Origin: a virus
DNA length: 39,707 nucleotides
Reading direction: 5' to 3' (one strand)
IMG/VR virus record: IMGVR_UViG_3300045988_170308
The position numbers and the translations under genes were made by a program. This document shows positions 18,076-27,376 of this stretch, one piece after another. Position 1 is the stretch's first letter. Every line of letters starts with the position of its first letter. The notes under the pieces were generated by a model, which saw only the letters and a list, made by a program, of their open reading frames with translations, was not told where the DNA came from and did no database searches.

Positions 18076-18446
18076 CCTTCGGCAGTAATGTTACGGAATT
18101 CTCCCACACCAATAGCGTTTTCGATAAGGTCACGTTCTTGACCAGTGAGATAAAAATTTCCCTCACCGTTAGCGAATCGCAGAGTGCTACTGAATGGGCC
18201 ACCAGTGTCGGTGATTTCCGAGGCTCCATCATGCGTATCAGCGATAAGCGAGCGCCTCACCATAGCGCAGGACACCATTTTTAGCACGCCTGCTTGATGC
18301 TCACTGGGGACATCGGGGATGAGGGGAAACCTCGCCCTCAGCCACACTGCGGCATCTTCCAGCAGCGTATCGACGACCTTATCAGGAAGACCAGGTGGAA
18401 ACGCTTGCCACCGGTCTTTCAAATCCGCAGCGACTGCATACGACAT
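18069..18446 (-). CDS. Head-tail adaptor (gp6-like connector)
   Basis: 125 aa immediately after the major capsid gene. The N-terminus YAVAADLKDRWQAFPPGL...LLEDAAVWLRARF is typical of gp6-like adaptors. Confidence 0.6.
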   Translation of the reverse strand: MSYAVAADLKDRWQAFPPGLPDKVVDTLLEDAAVWLRARFPLIPDVPSEHQAGVLKMVSCAMVRRSLIADTHDGASEITDTGGPFSSTLRFANGEGNFYLTGQERDLIENAIGVGEFRNITAEGW

Positions 18447-19351
18447 TAGGCACCTAATCCGGTAAGCCGCACCATGGCCATGGGGTCAGTCACCACATGC
18501 TCTAACACAGCTTTCACCTTGGTCCAGGTCAGGTCACGTGCTTCGTCCCGCCAAGTAGCGGTACTAATTGGCTCCTCCATGCCGATCGTACCCACTTGCC
18601 CTTCGGCAACTAACAGGCCCTCACCTGGGGTGGCCAGCGGAGAGGAAATCACTTCCAGGCCCTGGGACTTCAGGAACGCATCCTGGGCGTCGTTAGTGTC
18701 AAACGTGTTAGCAAGCTGCAGTGCGTCATCGGTGTGGAGAACCAACAAGTTATAGAGGTAACCCATTTGGGTTTTCTCGCCGGCAGCTAGGGCCGCGTTA
18801 AGCTCTGCCCGGATAGACTTCGCTGCGGTCTGCTTGAGTTTTTCAGTTTTGTTCATGCTGACCCAGCCGGAAGATTCCACCTTGGGAATATAGGACCCGT
18901 ATTCCTGGATGGCTTTCTTAATGGCAAGCATGCCATTGTTGTCCACATCGAACACCATGGTGTTCGAAATTCGCTGGGCTCGGCGCTGTAATAGCGCCAT
19001 GTCGTTTCGGGCTTTCGCCTCGTCAGTGATGGAGAACTTACCACCAAGCTTTTTCACCTGGGCCACTTTGGGCTCACCAGGAGTGGCGTCCAGTTCCGGG
19101 TATTCGCCACCTGGGGCGATGATACCGGTGTGGTCATCTGCTAACACCTGGTTTTCGGTATTGACTTCATACAGGATGGCGCCGCCCTGAGCATCACTGT
19201 GGCCGAAAAGGCGGTCAGTGAACATCTTCAGTGCGGTGATGTCCGCAATGTATTTAGAGATTCGTGCTGGTTCTTGCAGCATCAAATCCACTGTGATGGC
19301 ACCGTTGGCTACTGTGGGGGCGGCGCCCGGGTAAAAACCAGAATTTTTCAT
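18446..19351 (-). CDS. Major capsid protein
   Basis: 301 aa. It follows the scaffold and decoration genes. The size and position fit an HK97-fold capsid protein of actinophages. Confidence 0.8.
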   Translation of the reverse strand: MKNSGFYPGAAPTVANGAITVDLMLQEPARISKYIADITALKMFTDRLFGHSDAQGGAILYEVNTENQVLADDHTGIIAPGGEYPELDATPGEPKVAQVKKLGGKFSITDEAKARNDMALLQRRAQRISNTMVFDVDNNGMLAIKKAIQEYGSYIPKVESSGWVSMNKTEKLKQTAAKSIRAELNAALAAGEKTQMGYLYNLLVLHTDDALQLANTFDTNDAQDAFLKSQGLEVISSPLATPGEGLLVAEGQVGTIGMEEPISTATWRDEARDLTWTKVKAVLEHVVTDPMAMVRLTGLGA

Positions 19352-19370
19352 GTTGTTTCCTTCGTTCGTT

Positions 19371-19742
19371 TTATAGCAGTGCGATAGTTACGGGCTTATC
19401 CGCACCCGCGGCTTTCGTGAGGGCAATGGCCACAACAGGCCCAGTGCCGGCGGTGGCTGCTTTACCGCCGGCTGCGGTGGAAATCTTAGCGCCAGCAGTG
19501 ATCGCGCCGGCAGCAATAGCATCGAGCACATACCCGGCCCGGTAGATGGTTACGTAGTCGTCTTTGGCCACGTCCGCGGCAACCACACCGAATGGGATAG
19601 CATCCGCGCCAGCAACGTCGACGACCGGGTTCCGGCCGTCCATTTCTCCAGAGACCACGACGAAACTACCTGCGGGGATCGCCTTTGCGGCTTTAGCAGT
19701 AACATCGCTGCCGGGACTGTAGTGCCGTTTAGTCACATTCAT
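19371..19742 (-). CDS. Head decoration-like protein (DUF2190-type)
   Basis: 123 aa, Ala/Gly/Val-rich beta protein (AGSFVVVSGEMDGRNPVV, AIPFGVVAADV) between the scaffold and capsid genes. Confidence 0.55.
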   Translation of the reverse strand: MNVTKRHYSPGSDVTAKAAKAIPAGSFVVVSGEMDGRNPVVDVAGADAIPFGVVAADVAKDDYVTIYRAGYVLDAIAAGAITAGAKISTAAGGKAATAGTGPVVAIALTKAAGADKPVTIALL

Positions 19743-19767
19743 AATATTTCTCCTTGATTATCCGGTT

Positions 19768-20310
19768 TTATTTTTCAGCTCGAAGAGCGGCCGGAATCCA
19801 GGATTCCGGGTACGCCGTGTCTTCTACTTGGCTCGGGGTTCCCTGCCCTGATTGCAGCCCTTGCCGAGGGCGTTGCGACGGTGGTGGGGTGCCCTCAGCA
19901 GGATCCCCGTACAGGGCCTGGAGGCGCTTAGCGCGCTCGGTGATTTCCTCTTTCGTGCCAGTACCTAAAAGCGGTAAATCTTCCGCCTTAATACCATGCG
20001 CAGCGGCTACTTCCAACAAGGTGTTTGTTGTCCGCTCCTGCGCTAGCTGCTGTTCCGCAGCGGCTAATTTTTCCTGCATGAGTTGGAGCTCCGTCTTTTG
20101 GGAATCCTCATGCTGTTTCCATTTATCAGCCGCGGCCTGCACAGCATCCCGCTCTTGGCGGGTTTTCTCCAGTGCCGCCAGTGCCTCTTCCAAGGTCATC
20201 TCCGGCTGTAAGCCGGCGTCTTGTGATGGTGTTTGGCTGATATCCGGGGCGGTGTCCTCCAGGCTAGGGTCTTGTTCATCCTGGGGCTCGGCGCTAGTAG
20301 CGTCTTGCAT
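19768..20310 (-). CDS. Capsid scaffolding protein
   Basis: 180 aa, very acidic and helical with Gln/Glu/Ala-rich coiled coil. It lies directly upstream of the decoration and capsid genes. Confidence 0.7.
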   Translation of the reverse strand: MQDATSAEPQDEQDPSLEDTAPDISQTPSQDAGLQPEMTLEEALAALEKTRQERDAVQAAADKWKQHEDSQKTELQLMQEKLAAAEQQLAQERTTNTLLEVAAAHGIKAEDLPLLGTGTKEEITERAKRLQALYGDPAEGTPPPSQRPRQGLQSGQGTPSQVEDTAYPESWIPAALRAEK

Positions 20311-20364
20311 AGTTGCCTCCTTTTAGATTGTGTGAAATGCGAATAGTCAGGGTGGTCATGAATA

Positions 20365-20387
20365 AACCCCACCGGCTTGGTGGGGTT
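20365..20387 (-). terminator. Terminator-like hairpin overlapping the antirepressor stop codon (minus strand)
   Basis: 9-bp stem AACCCCACC / GGTGGGGTT with a 4-nt loop. On the minus strand it is followed by TTTATTC. Confidence 0.5.
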
Positions 20388-21174
20388 AGTTCATAGGGAT
20401 GGGGAGCATGGGGTCAATCCTGGTAAACCCTAGTGTTCTGCGGATAAAGTCAATGCCCTTGGGGAGAACATACGTGGTGTACGACACTTTTTCTTCCCCG
20501 TTCGGCTGCTCATAGCGGTGGGCTTTGACCTCGAAGTAGCCCATATGCCGCTGGTAGGGGGTGTTGCGCATAGCGCCGCGAGGAATCAACACACCTCGGT
20601 TACGCAGCTCACGGAACAGCCAGTTTTGGCCCACCCCCAACATCTTCGCTACCACACCCATGCTGTAGGAGCCAGACGTATCAATGAAAGAATCATAGGC
20701 GTCTGCTTTGGGCTGCATTTTCTTGTTTTCCGCCTCCAGCGCCAGGCGCTCAGTTTCGGCGTTCAGCAACATTTGCGCCATCTCCAGACGAGTGATCTGG
20801 GAAGGATCAAACGCTGGACGGGCGGCAAGCCGACGCTCCATGTCAGTGAATGCTTTAACAAGCTGCTTCTTGAACTGACGAACCACCGCAGTGTTACGCA
20901 TATAGGTCATGAGCAGCATTGCATGCTCACGATTCAATACCGCAATGGTGCGATTTTGGGTTCCACCAGCAGTTTCAAAGGGTCGGATTTCAAATCGTAC
21001 CCTTCCGAACTCCTCAAAATCTTCTTCATTATCACGCACAACCCGCAGCACACTGGCGTGTTGAATTTTCGTTCCTTCAGCAATAACGAGTGATGTGGTC
21101 GTCAGCTCCCCCTCAGGGGATTGCCGAACGATCATGGTATAGTCATTATCTGGATCTGGTTCTTGGTTAAACAT
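20386..21174 (-). CDS. Antirepressor, Rha-like N-domain plus KilAC C-domain
   Basis: 262 aa. The Rha-like N-terminus includes TSLVIAEGTKIQHASVLRVVRD and LLMTYMRNTAVVRQFKKQLVKAF. The C-terminus PKADAYDSFIDTSGSYSMGVVAKMLGVGQNWLFRELR aligns colinearly with ORF 2654..3439. Confidence 0.75.
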   Translation of the reverse strand: MFNQEPDPDNDYTMIVRQSPEGELTTTSLVIAEGTKIQHASVLRVVRDNEEDFEEFGRVRFEIRPFETAGGTQNRTIAVLNREHAMLLMTYMRNTAVVRQFKKQLVKAFTDMERRLAARPAFDPSQITRLEMAQMLLNAETERLALEAENKKMQPKADAYDSFIDTSGSYSMGVVAKMLGVGQNWLFRELRNRGVLIPRGAMRNTPYQRHMGYFEVKAHRYEQPNGEEKVSYTTYVLPKGIDFIRRTLGFTRIDPMLPIPMN

Positions 21175-21190
21175 CAGGAATCATCCTTTC

Positions 21191-21232
21191 TTATACAAAA
21201 ACCCGCGTGCCCCTATACGGAGCATGCGGGTT
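21191..21232 (-). terminator. Rho-independent terminator after the immunity-like ORF (minus strand)
   Basis: About 11-bp stem (AACCCGCGTGC / GCATGCGGGTT, one G-U pair). On the minus strand it is followed by TTTGTATAA. Confidence 0.55.
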
Positions 21233-21254
21233 AAAAAATGGTTTAGCGCTCGCC

Positions 21255-21590
21255 TTAAGCAGGCACAGCAGGCAATGGATCATCCGGCATATAAACTACT
21301 TCAACATCATTCGGGGGCTCACAGATCGTGGCTTTATACCGCAGCTTTTTCACCGACTCGAAAATCTTCCGCTGCAAGTCTTCTTGCTCCTCAGGAACAA
21401 AAAGCAGCGTATCCAAATCCCCATCACTATTAACCCCGTAATCAAGTGAAATCAGAACACCATCTAAGGTACGGATATCATATGCTTCAGGATCTTGATT
21501 ACGAGCAATGGTATTCTCCGTATATGGCTCCTGCAGCAAAAGATCAACAACATCTTTGATAGGGGCATCTGACATTACAAAAAGACTCAT
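21255..21590 (-). CDS. Small acidic protein, candidate immunity protein for the MuF C-terminal toxin domain
   Basis: 111 aa. Its ATG overlaps the MuF stop (ATGA). It is rich in Asp/Glu and shares the AT-rich composition of the MuF 3' end. Confidence 0.45.
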   Translation of the reverse strand: MSLFVMSDAPIKDVVDLLLQEPYTENTIARNQDPEAYDIRTLDGVLISLDYGVNSDGDLDTLLFVPEEQEDLQRKIFESVKKLRYKATICEPPNDVEVVYMPDDPLPAVPA

Positions 21591-23260
21591 CGGGTAAACT
21601 CCTCTTCCTCACCATCATGGTTGATATAAATAATTTTACCTATTCTAGACAACCTGGGACTCCCAAGATTCATCTGAATATCTTTTCGCGCCTGCTCATC
21701 AGTAAGCTCTAAACGAGCAGCGTCAATGATGGCTTGTATTGATTCTATATGCGATAAGCTCTTGAAATTCTTTACAGCTTCACGCATATTATTGTAAATG
21801 GTATTTTTCCCACCACCCTTAGGCGCCTTCATCTCCGTAATAACGCCATCAAGAACAATATCAGGTGATGTCTTATCTTCACCATCACCCAACTTTCTAA
21901 TCCGAATTTCATGCCCATGTTTCAATAATGTGATAAGGGTGTCCCATTCATGGGTTGCTGGGTTGGTAGCTCCTTCTTCAGCTGATAACCGGTGTAGCCA
22001 ATCGGGATTATCACCGAACTTTTTCCGCACTTCGGGCGGAATGTAAACCTTTTCCCTTCTTTCTGCAAAGTCAAGCGTCACCCCTTCACCAGGCATGTCC
22101 TTACGAATCTCACTAGGCGGCATGTCAGGCTCGGCCTTTTCCGGGTCGGCTTTTAGCGCTGAGTATTTTTCCGGGTCGGCTTTTATTGCGTCAGCATATC
22201 GTTTGTTGAATCTATCCCTCGGCTGGTCAAGACCCGCATCTAGCTCCTCTTGCGTTGGCTGAAAAGTTGCGTCATCCCACAAATCCTTCAGGGCATGGTA
22301 TTGCTGCTCACCATTCCACGGTGATCCTTTAACAACAAGGACTGCTATGCAATCGCAGTGGTCATGATATTTCTCTCCTTCCCGCCGGGATCCCGAAACA
22401 TACGTATGGCCCCCGGTAGCGCCCGAATTCCGGTAATGAACTTGGCGGGGCCGTACTTCCCTGGGCTTCCCTGTTGTCACCACGGTGTCTTCGGAATATA
22501 CCGGCCCGCGGGATGCCAGCATCGCGCAAAAAGCACAGCTCTCAGCCCCGGTTAAAACCCTGGCCCACCCCAACACCTTGCCGCCAGGCTTGGTGCTAGC
22601 TGGTTCTGCCTTACTGGCCTTTTTCCTAGAATCGCGGTTATCGTCTCCCACCTTCCTGTCGTCGCTGGCGTATTCCACTATCACCTTGGGCCTGCCATCC
22701 GACTCAGTGCCATCTTCCACCGTCACCCGTGGACGTTTCCGCGCTGACACCACACGCACCCGGCCCTGGGCCGCGGTATCGACCACCACATCACGACCAG
22801 CTGCACGCGCATGCCGTACTGCCCCAGCAGCTACCCGGCGCGATACCTGAGCCAAGGCAGCAGGGTCGGCGGGATTAGCGGGGAAGGCCGCTACTTTTTC
22901 CAACAAGGCGCGCTGTGCATCTTTTGAATATGATTCGATATCGCCAGGTATCGGATCTTTTTTCGGGTTCCACCCTAGGGCGCGCAGGAGCATCTTCCAG
23001 GCCGCGTTAGGCTGGTATGTTCGCATAGGCGCCACGTCTATCTCCATGCCTCGTGCGCGCATATCTTCGGTCATGGTTTGGGCTGCGGATTGGTAGAACG
23101 CTTTCCTGGCTGTATGGATGAGCGGCAGCAGCGCGGTCACTAGGTCCCAGAGTGCTTCAATCGTGGTGGGGATTGTTTGGTCTTCGATCAGCTTATATAT
23201 CTGGTCTCTAAGCCACAGGGCGGTTTCCTGGTCTCGGGAGTGCTGGTTTTCGATGCTCAC
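21587..23260 (-). CDS. MuF-like head morphogenesis protein fused to a C-terminal PD-(D/E)xK-like nuclease (toxin) domain
   Basis: 557 aa directly after the portal gene. MuF-type Cys/His motif CAFCAML...HDHCDCIAV. The C-terminal ~170 aa contain HEWD...SPDIVLDGVITEMKAPK (PD...ExK). That part is visibly AT-richer than the rest of the gene. Confidence 0.7.
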   Translation of the reverse strand: MSIENQHSRDQETALWLRDQIYKLIEDQTIPTTIEALWDLVTALLPLIHTARKAFYQSAAQTMTEDMRARGMEIDVAPMRTYQPNAAWKMLLRALGWNPKKDPIPGDIESYSKDAQRALLEKVAAFPANPADPAALAQVSRRVAAGAVRHARAAGRDVVVDTAAQGRVRVVSARKRPRVTVEDGTESDGRPKVIVEYASDDRKVGDDNRDSRKKASKAEPASTKPGGKVLGWARVLTGAESCAFCAMLASRGPVYSEDTVVTTGKPREVRPRQVHYRNSGATGGHTYVSGSRREGEKYHDHCDCIAVLVVKGSPWNGEQQYHALKDLWDDATFQPTQEELDAGLDQPRDRFNKRYADAIKADPEKYSALKADPEKAEPDMPPSEIRKDMPGEGVTLDFAERREKVYIPPEVRKKFGDNPDWLHRLSAEEGATNPATHEWDTLITLLKHGHEIRIRKLGDGEDKTSPDIVLDGVITEMKAPKGGGKNTIYNNMREAVKNFKSLSHIESIQAIIDAARLELTDEQARKDIQMNLGSPRLSRIGKIIYINHDGEEEEFTR

Positions 23261-23282
23261 AACCCACCCCCTTGTGGTTTTG

Positions 23283-24698
23283 CTATGTCACTTCAGGCAT
23301 GGGCTGGGATTCATCTCCTTGTGTAGATGGGTAGCCATACTTGGTGAGGATCCGCTGGATTTTCTCCTCTGTGAACCCGGGGATGTCTTCCAGGAGTGCT
23401 TCCGCTGGTATGCCGAGCATGGTGGCGAGTTTCCCGAGCGCATCAACGGTTTGAGCAAACGACCTTGCTGTGGTGTCTTTCCATTTCACTTCGCCGGCGA
23501 AGTCAGCGGCTGAATCCGCATCACCGTCCATGTGTCCGCACAGCCGCAATAGTTGTTCGTATGATTCGCCGAGACTTGTTTGGATTTCGGAGGCTTTTCG
23601 GTCTTTGGCTGATTCCATGGCTGCCAGGCCATCGGCGCTGATGTTGCTGATGGCGTTCGCACCTAGGGATTGCGCTGGAACCTGGGCGATCGCGGCCAGG
23701 TCCCGTATGGTCGCTTGTTTAGAGTCAATGTACCGGGTTAGGTCGGTTTCCTCGAACTGACCGGCTTTTGTTTTGGTACCGTCCGCGTTGATGAACCAGA
23801 CATCGTTCGCTTTCATGCGGATCCCTTCGAGTTCATCTTTGGGGGCCCATCCGATGACGTATCGTTGTTTAAAGGCGGCATAGTATTGGGCGATGCCCAT
23901 TTCGTAGCTGGTTCTGTCGATTCGATCTTGGAGTGATAGGAGCGGCTCGATGATGCCGCCGTGTTCCTCACCGTCTAGTAGCCAGCGGTCCCGGAAGCGG
24001 ACGACTGGTGGCACCCCAGCGCCGTGAGGGCGGGCCTCGATGATCTGGAGGTTGATGGTGTTGTTCCAGGTTTCAGAAACCCATTCCGCTGGGTTCTTGG
24101 GCGCGTGACGTGCCCCGATGTAGTAGATGTAGTTTTCGTCTATGAGCCGCATCCTAGCCCCCCGGATTTCTAGGGCGAGAATAGGCCATTCTGAAGTGAG
24201 CCCGTATTCCCCCGGCCAGGCCCTTGATTCCCCGTAGTAGGCGGTCATCATGCGGGGAGAAACCCCAGTGATAAGCGGTGCGGATGCTTGGCCGGGGAAA
24301 GTACCCCGATCGACTACGGCATAGGATGTGCCGTATTTGAGGGCCGCCCGGGTGATTCCGGTTTGAGCAGCGTCCATCGCGTTGCGTTGCCAGTGCTCCC
24401 ACAGTGGGGATTGCTCGTAGTTGCCGCTGAAATAGTTTTCGATCTTCATCGACTGGGCGAATGTATCCAGCACTAGAGGGAGGAATGGGACTTGGGAGTC
24501 TTGGGCGATCTGGATATGGCGGTCATACCTGCCGCCTGGTGTCGACTTCTCGTTTAGGACCGTGAACCGGCCGGCCGCGTATTTCCGGGTCCAGGGCAGC
24601 ATCGCCATATGAATCTTGTTGTTCCTGGCGTATTCGTATGCGTGTTGGGACAGGAGTCCTCGCACACCATCGAGTACCGCCCGATTCGACATTTTCAT
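23283..24698 (-). CDS. Portal protein
   Basis: 471 aa. Its start overlaps the terL stop (TAATG). It lies between terL and MuF. Confidence 0.8.
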   Translation of the reverse strand: MKMSNRAVLDGVRGLLSQHAYEYARNNKIHMAMLPWTRKYAAGRFTVLNEKSTPGGRYDRHIQIAQDSQVPFLPLVLDTFAQSMKIENYFSGNYEQSPLWEHWQRNAMDAAQTGITRAALKYGTSYAVVDRGTFPGQASAPLITGVSPRMMTAYYGESRAWPGEYGLTSEWPILALEIRGARMRLIDENYIYYIGARHAPKNPAEWVSETWNNTINLQIIEARPHGAGVPPVVRFRDRWLLDGEEHGGIIEPLLSLQDRIDRTSYEMGIAQYYAAFKQRYVIGWAPKDELEGIRMKANDVWFINADGTKTKAGQFEETDLTRYIDSKQATIRDLAAIAQVPAQSLGANAISNISADGLAAMESAKDRKASEIQTSLGESYEQLLRLCGHMDGDADSAADFAGEVKWKDTTARSFAQTVDALGKLATMLGIPAEALLEDIPGFTEEKIQRILTKYGYPSTQGDESQPMPEVT

Positions 24699-26338
24699 TA
24701 CACAAACACCGCCCTTCCGTCATAGTGGGTATCTGGTTGGTTATCCAACCATTTTCGGCGCACCATCCGCGCACCGATGAGGCAAACCGCTGCATCAATT
24801 TTTTTCGCTGAGGTTGGGGATTCTTTCCGCACGGATATCCCGTAGCGGTTTTCCGCCCGGTAGCAGTTCCGTAAGTGGTCTGTGAGGATTATAGAGCCGT
24901 CGTAGGTGAATCCGTGCTCAATGATTTCTCTTTCTGTTAGTTCGCATGCCCGGGTGAAATCAAAGCTTTTGCTGCGCATGTCCCAGGCGATTGGCTCGGG
25001 GTTTGCCCCAGATGGTACCGCCCACAGTTCTAGTTGGTCTTTGTAGCATTCTGGCCACGTAATCTTCGTGAAGGATTCCCATTCACGCACGTCAGCGAAG
25101 AACGCTTTCACTGTCCACGTGTCAAACGCATGGGCGACACGGGCTGTGACGGCTTCAACATCAATGGTTTTCTTCTCTGCTTGGGACACGTGGCTGTTAC
25201 CAGGATCCCACGCCCCGATGAGGAAAACATGGCCATCGCTAACTCGGCACCCCACCAGGGCTGTGGTATCTCGGGTGAGCGATCCATCGAAGAACATGAC
25301 AATTTCTTCGCCAGGCTCTACCTGGATATCCGGCATGGCCATGAGCGCCAAGTCTTTGGGGTCAATCCACGCATCAACAGACGCTACTGGCCAGTTCAGA
25401 TATTTACGTTTCGAGTCATCCGGTTTAGCACTGTGCGTCCAAATGCGGGTCATGATGGCGTCGATATCGACCCATGGGCAGTCCTCGTACACGAACTCCA
25501 GCCCGGCGCGGAGCGATGCCGCATCGGCTAGGTTGGTTTCTGGCGGGGCTTGGATGATATCCATGAGGATCTGTTTTTCATTCTTGGATAGGCCTTTCTC
25601 TTGGTTGCACCAGTCGAGAAACGTGTGCTCTCCCACGGTGTTTTTCCCCGGTTTCCAGGCGTTCAGGGTGCCTAGCATACGGGACCCTGACTTAGTTAGG
25701 TTATCCACCAAGGTGCTGTATAGCTCACCGCCGCCTTTAGCTGGGGTCCAGTGCTCTAACTCATCGCCAATAATGAACGTTGCCTCCGCGCCCTCCTGGG
25801 TGGTAGCAGATGATGTAATGACTTCCAGTTTGCCTTCGGGGACAACATTGATCTTCGTAATACCGGGGTCAATGTCGTAATCGCGGTGCAGCTCGATCGC
25901 TGTCTTCTTATTAGCCATCGCCCTGATATGTCTCATCGTGTTGTCTGTTTGCGCCTCAGAAACCGCGGCTATTTGCACCCACGGCATCGCCACAGGTTTA
26001 CCAATGCAGCCGCCGAGCACTTGCGGATCAAACCTTTCCAGCCTGACGGGGGCAAGCAGCTCAATGAGCGCCATAGCGGCAGCGAACGGCGACTTGCCGG
26101 AGCCTTTAGCTAGACGACGGAACGCATTGTAGAACAACCATTTTCCATCTGGGCCAACGGCGTAAAACCATAAAACGAACCTGGCCTGGCGGTTGGTGAA
26201 TTTCCACGGCAACCCGGCGCGAATCCCATTCGGGTGCTTTAAGTATTTCGCGGCCCACGCTAGCGCCTCCCAGCCGAGCGTTAAATCGGGAACCCCCGGG
26301 GGAAGCGTGTCTAGCCGCTCCTCCGGGGGAATCATCAT
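24698..26338 (-). CDS. terL: Terminase large subunit
   Basis: 546 aa. Walker-A-like LAKGSGKSPFAA. ATGA overlap with terS. It lies upstream of the portal gene. Confidence 0.85.
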   Translation of the reverse strand: MMIPPEERLDTLPPGVPDLTLGWEALAWAAKYLKHPNGIRAGLPWKFTNRQARFVLWFYAVGPDGKWLFYNAFRRLAKGSGKSPFAAAMALIELLAPVRLERFDPQVLGGCIGKPVAMPWVQIAAVSEAQTDNTMRHIRAMANKKTAIELHRDYDIDPGITKINVVPEGKLEVITSSATTQEGAEATFIIGDELEHWTPAKGGGELYSTLVDNLTKSGSRMLGTLNAWKPGKNTVGEHTFLDWCNQEKGLSKNEKQILMDIIQAPPETNLADAASLRAGLEFVYEDCPWVDIDAIMTRIWTHSAKPDDSKRKYLNWPVASVDAWIDPKDLALMAMPDIQVEPGEEIVMFFDGSLTRDTTALVGCRVSDGHVFLIGAWDPGNSHVSQAEKKTIDVEAVTARVAHAFDTWTVKAFFADVREWESFTKITWPECYKDQLELWAVPSGANPEPIAWDMRSKSFDFTRACELTEREIIEHGFTYDGSIILTDHLRNCYRAENRYGISVRKESPTSAKKIDAAVCLIGARMVRRKWLDNQPDTHYDGRAVFV

Positions 26339-26772
26339 GCTAGATCAGCCCGATACTGTTCCATGATCGACACGGTGGCCTCCTTCGCCTCATCCGTTAC
26401 CTTCGGGGTGATGAGCTCGACACGTAGCCGCCGCCTGGCACCCTCGGTGGTCATCAGGGCATCAGCGCGGGAAAAGATTACATCCATCATTCCAGCACGG
26501 GCACCGGTTGGGGAACTTAGCTCCTGGGTGATAAGCCAGGCCACTAGCTTTGCTTCACGCCAGTCGCTTTCTTGATAGAACTGGGCCTGGCCGGACCGCT
26601 TCAACGCCCTAAACCAGTCCTTGGCATACGGGTGCCACGCCCGGTCCTCTGTGGGCGGTTTCACCACCTGCTGCCCCATGGCCACCACCACAGCGGGAGC
26701 ATCAGCCTCTGGTTTGTTCCGCCGCCTACGCTGGTCGCTACGCTTCGGTACTGGGCCACGCACCATGACCAA
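26335..26772 (-). CDS. terS: Terminase small subunit
   Basis: About 143-145 aa with a basic N-terminus (PKRSDQRRRRNKPE). It is translationally coupled to terL. AGGAGG lies upstream, and an alternative ATG start is at 26766. Confidence 0.6.
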   Translation of the reverse strand: MVMVRGPVPKRSDQRRRRNKPEADAPAVVVAMGQQVVKPPTEDRAWHPYAKDWFRALKRSGQAQFYQESDWREAKLVAWLITQELSSPTGARAGMMDVIFSRADALMTTEGARRRLRVELITPKVTDEAKEATVSIMEQYRADLA

Positions 26773-26791
26773 CCACCTCCTTCACCACTTG

Positions 26792-27376
26792 TTACCGCTC
26801 GGGGATACGCCCCTCTCGCTGCAGCGCGGCAGCTACTCGCACCGCGGGGGCCAGATCAACGAGGCCGCCCATGCGGTAAATATCTTCTGTTGTCCGAATG
26901 AACCTTGCTCGGGAATAGACTTCCACGCAGCCGCGCCGCCGGCCTGGACCCTCCGGGAGCAGCCCGAAAATATGCAGACCCCGCCGGGAGACCGAACGCT
27001 CCACAACGGCACCTGGCACCGCCCGGATAATCTCAACAGCCCAGTCGGCCACCTTGCCGCGCCGGTTGATGCAGTGGTCAAGGTCGATACAGGCTAGGCC
27101 GCCGCCCAGCATGACGCCGTGCGGACCATCCTGTACCTCAGCGTGGGTGGTCCAGGTTTCCGGCTTGGTTGTTGACGCAGGAGAGCCTGTAGGTGTGATG
27201 GGGCGCTTACCATCGGCCGCCGTCCACCGGGGCAGCTCACGCATCCGGGCCGGCAGCTGCTCATGTCGACGCCGACGGTAGGCCTTCTGCCTGCATGCGG
27301 ACGAGCAAAACCGCGGGGAGCGTCCCCTGGTGGGGATCTCCAGCCGGGCTTCGCACACCTCACACGCCAATCTCAT
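26792..27376 (-). CDS. Zinc-ribbon plus primase-polymerase (AEP)-like domain protein
   Basis: 194 aa. N-terminal CEVC...CSSACRQKAYRRRR. AEP-like GLACIDLDHC and RRGLHIFG motifs, recalled from actinobacterial prim-pol proteins. Confidence 0.5.
   Translation of the reverse strand: MRLACEVCEARLEIPTRGRSPRFCSSACRQKAYRRRRHEQLPARMRELPRWTAADGKRPITPTGSPASTTKPETWTTHAEVQDGPHGVMLGGGLACIDLDHCINRRGKVADWAVEIIRAVPGAVVERSVSRRGLHIFGLLPEGPGRRRGCVEVYSRARFIRTTEDIYRMGGLVDLAPAVRVAAALQREGRIPER

Noticed and set aside
25068-25880. 270-aa plus-strand ORF antisense to terL
   Set aside because: It is a shadow ORF within a well-supported terminase gene. Its Ser/Pro/Arg-rich product has no motif.
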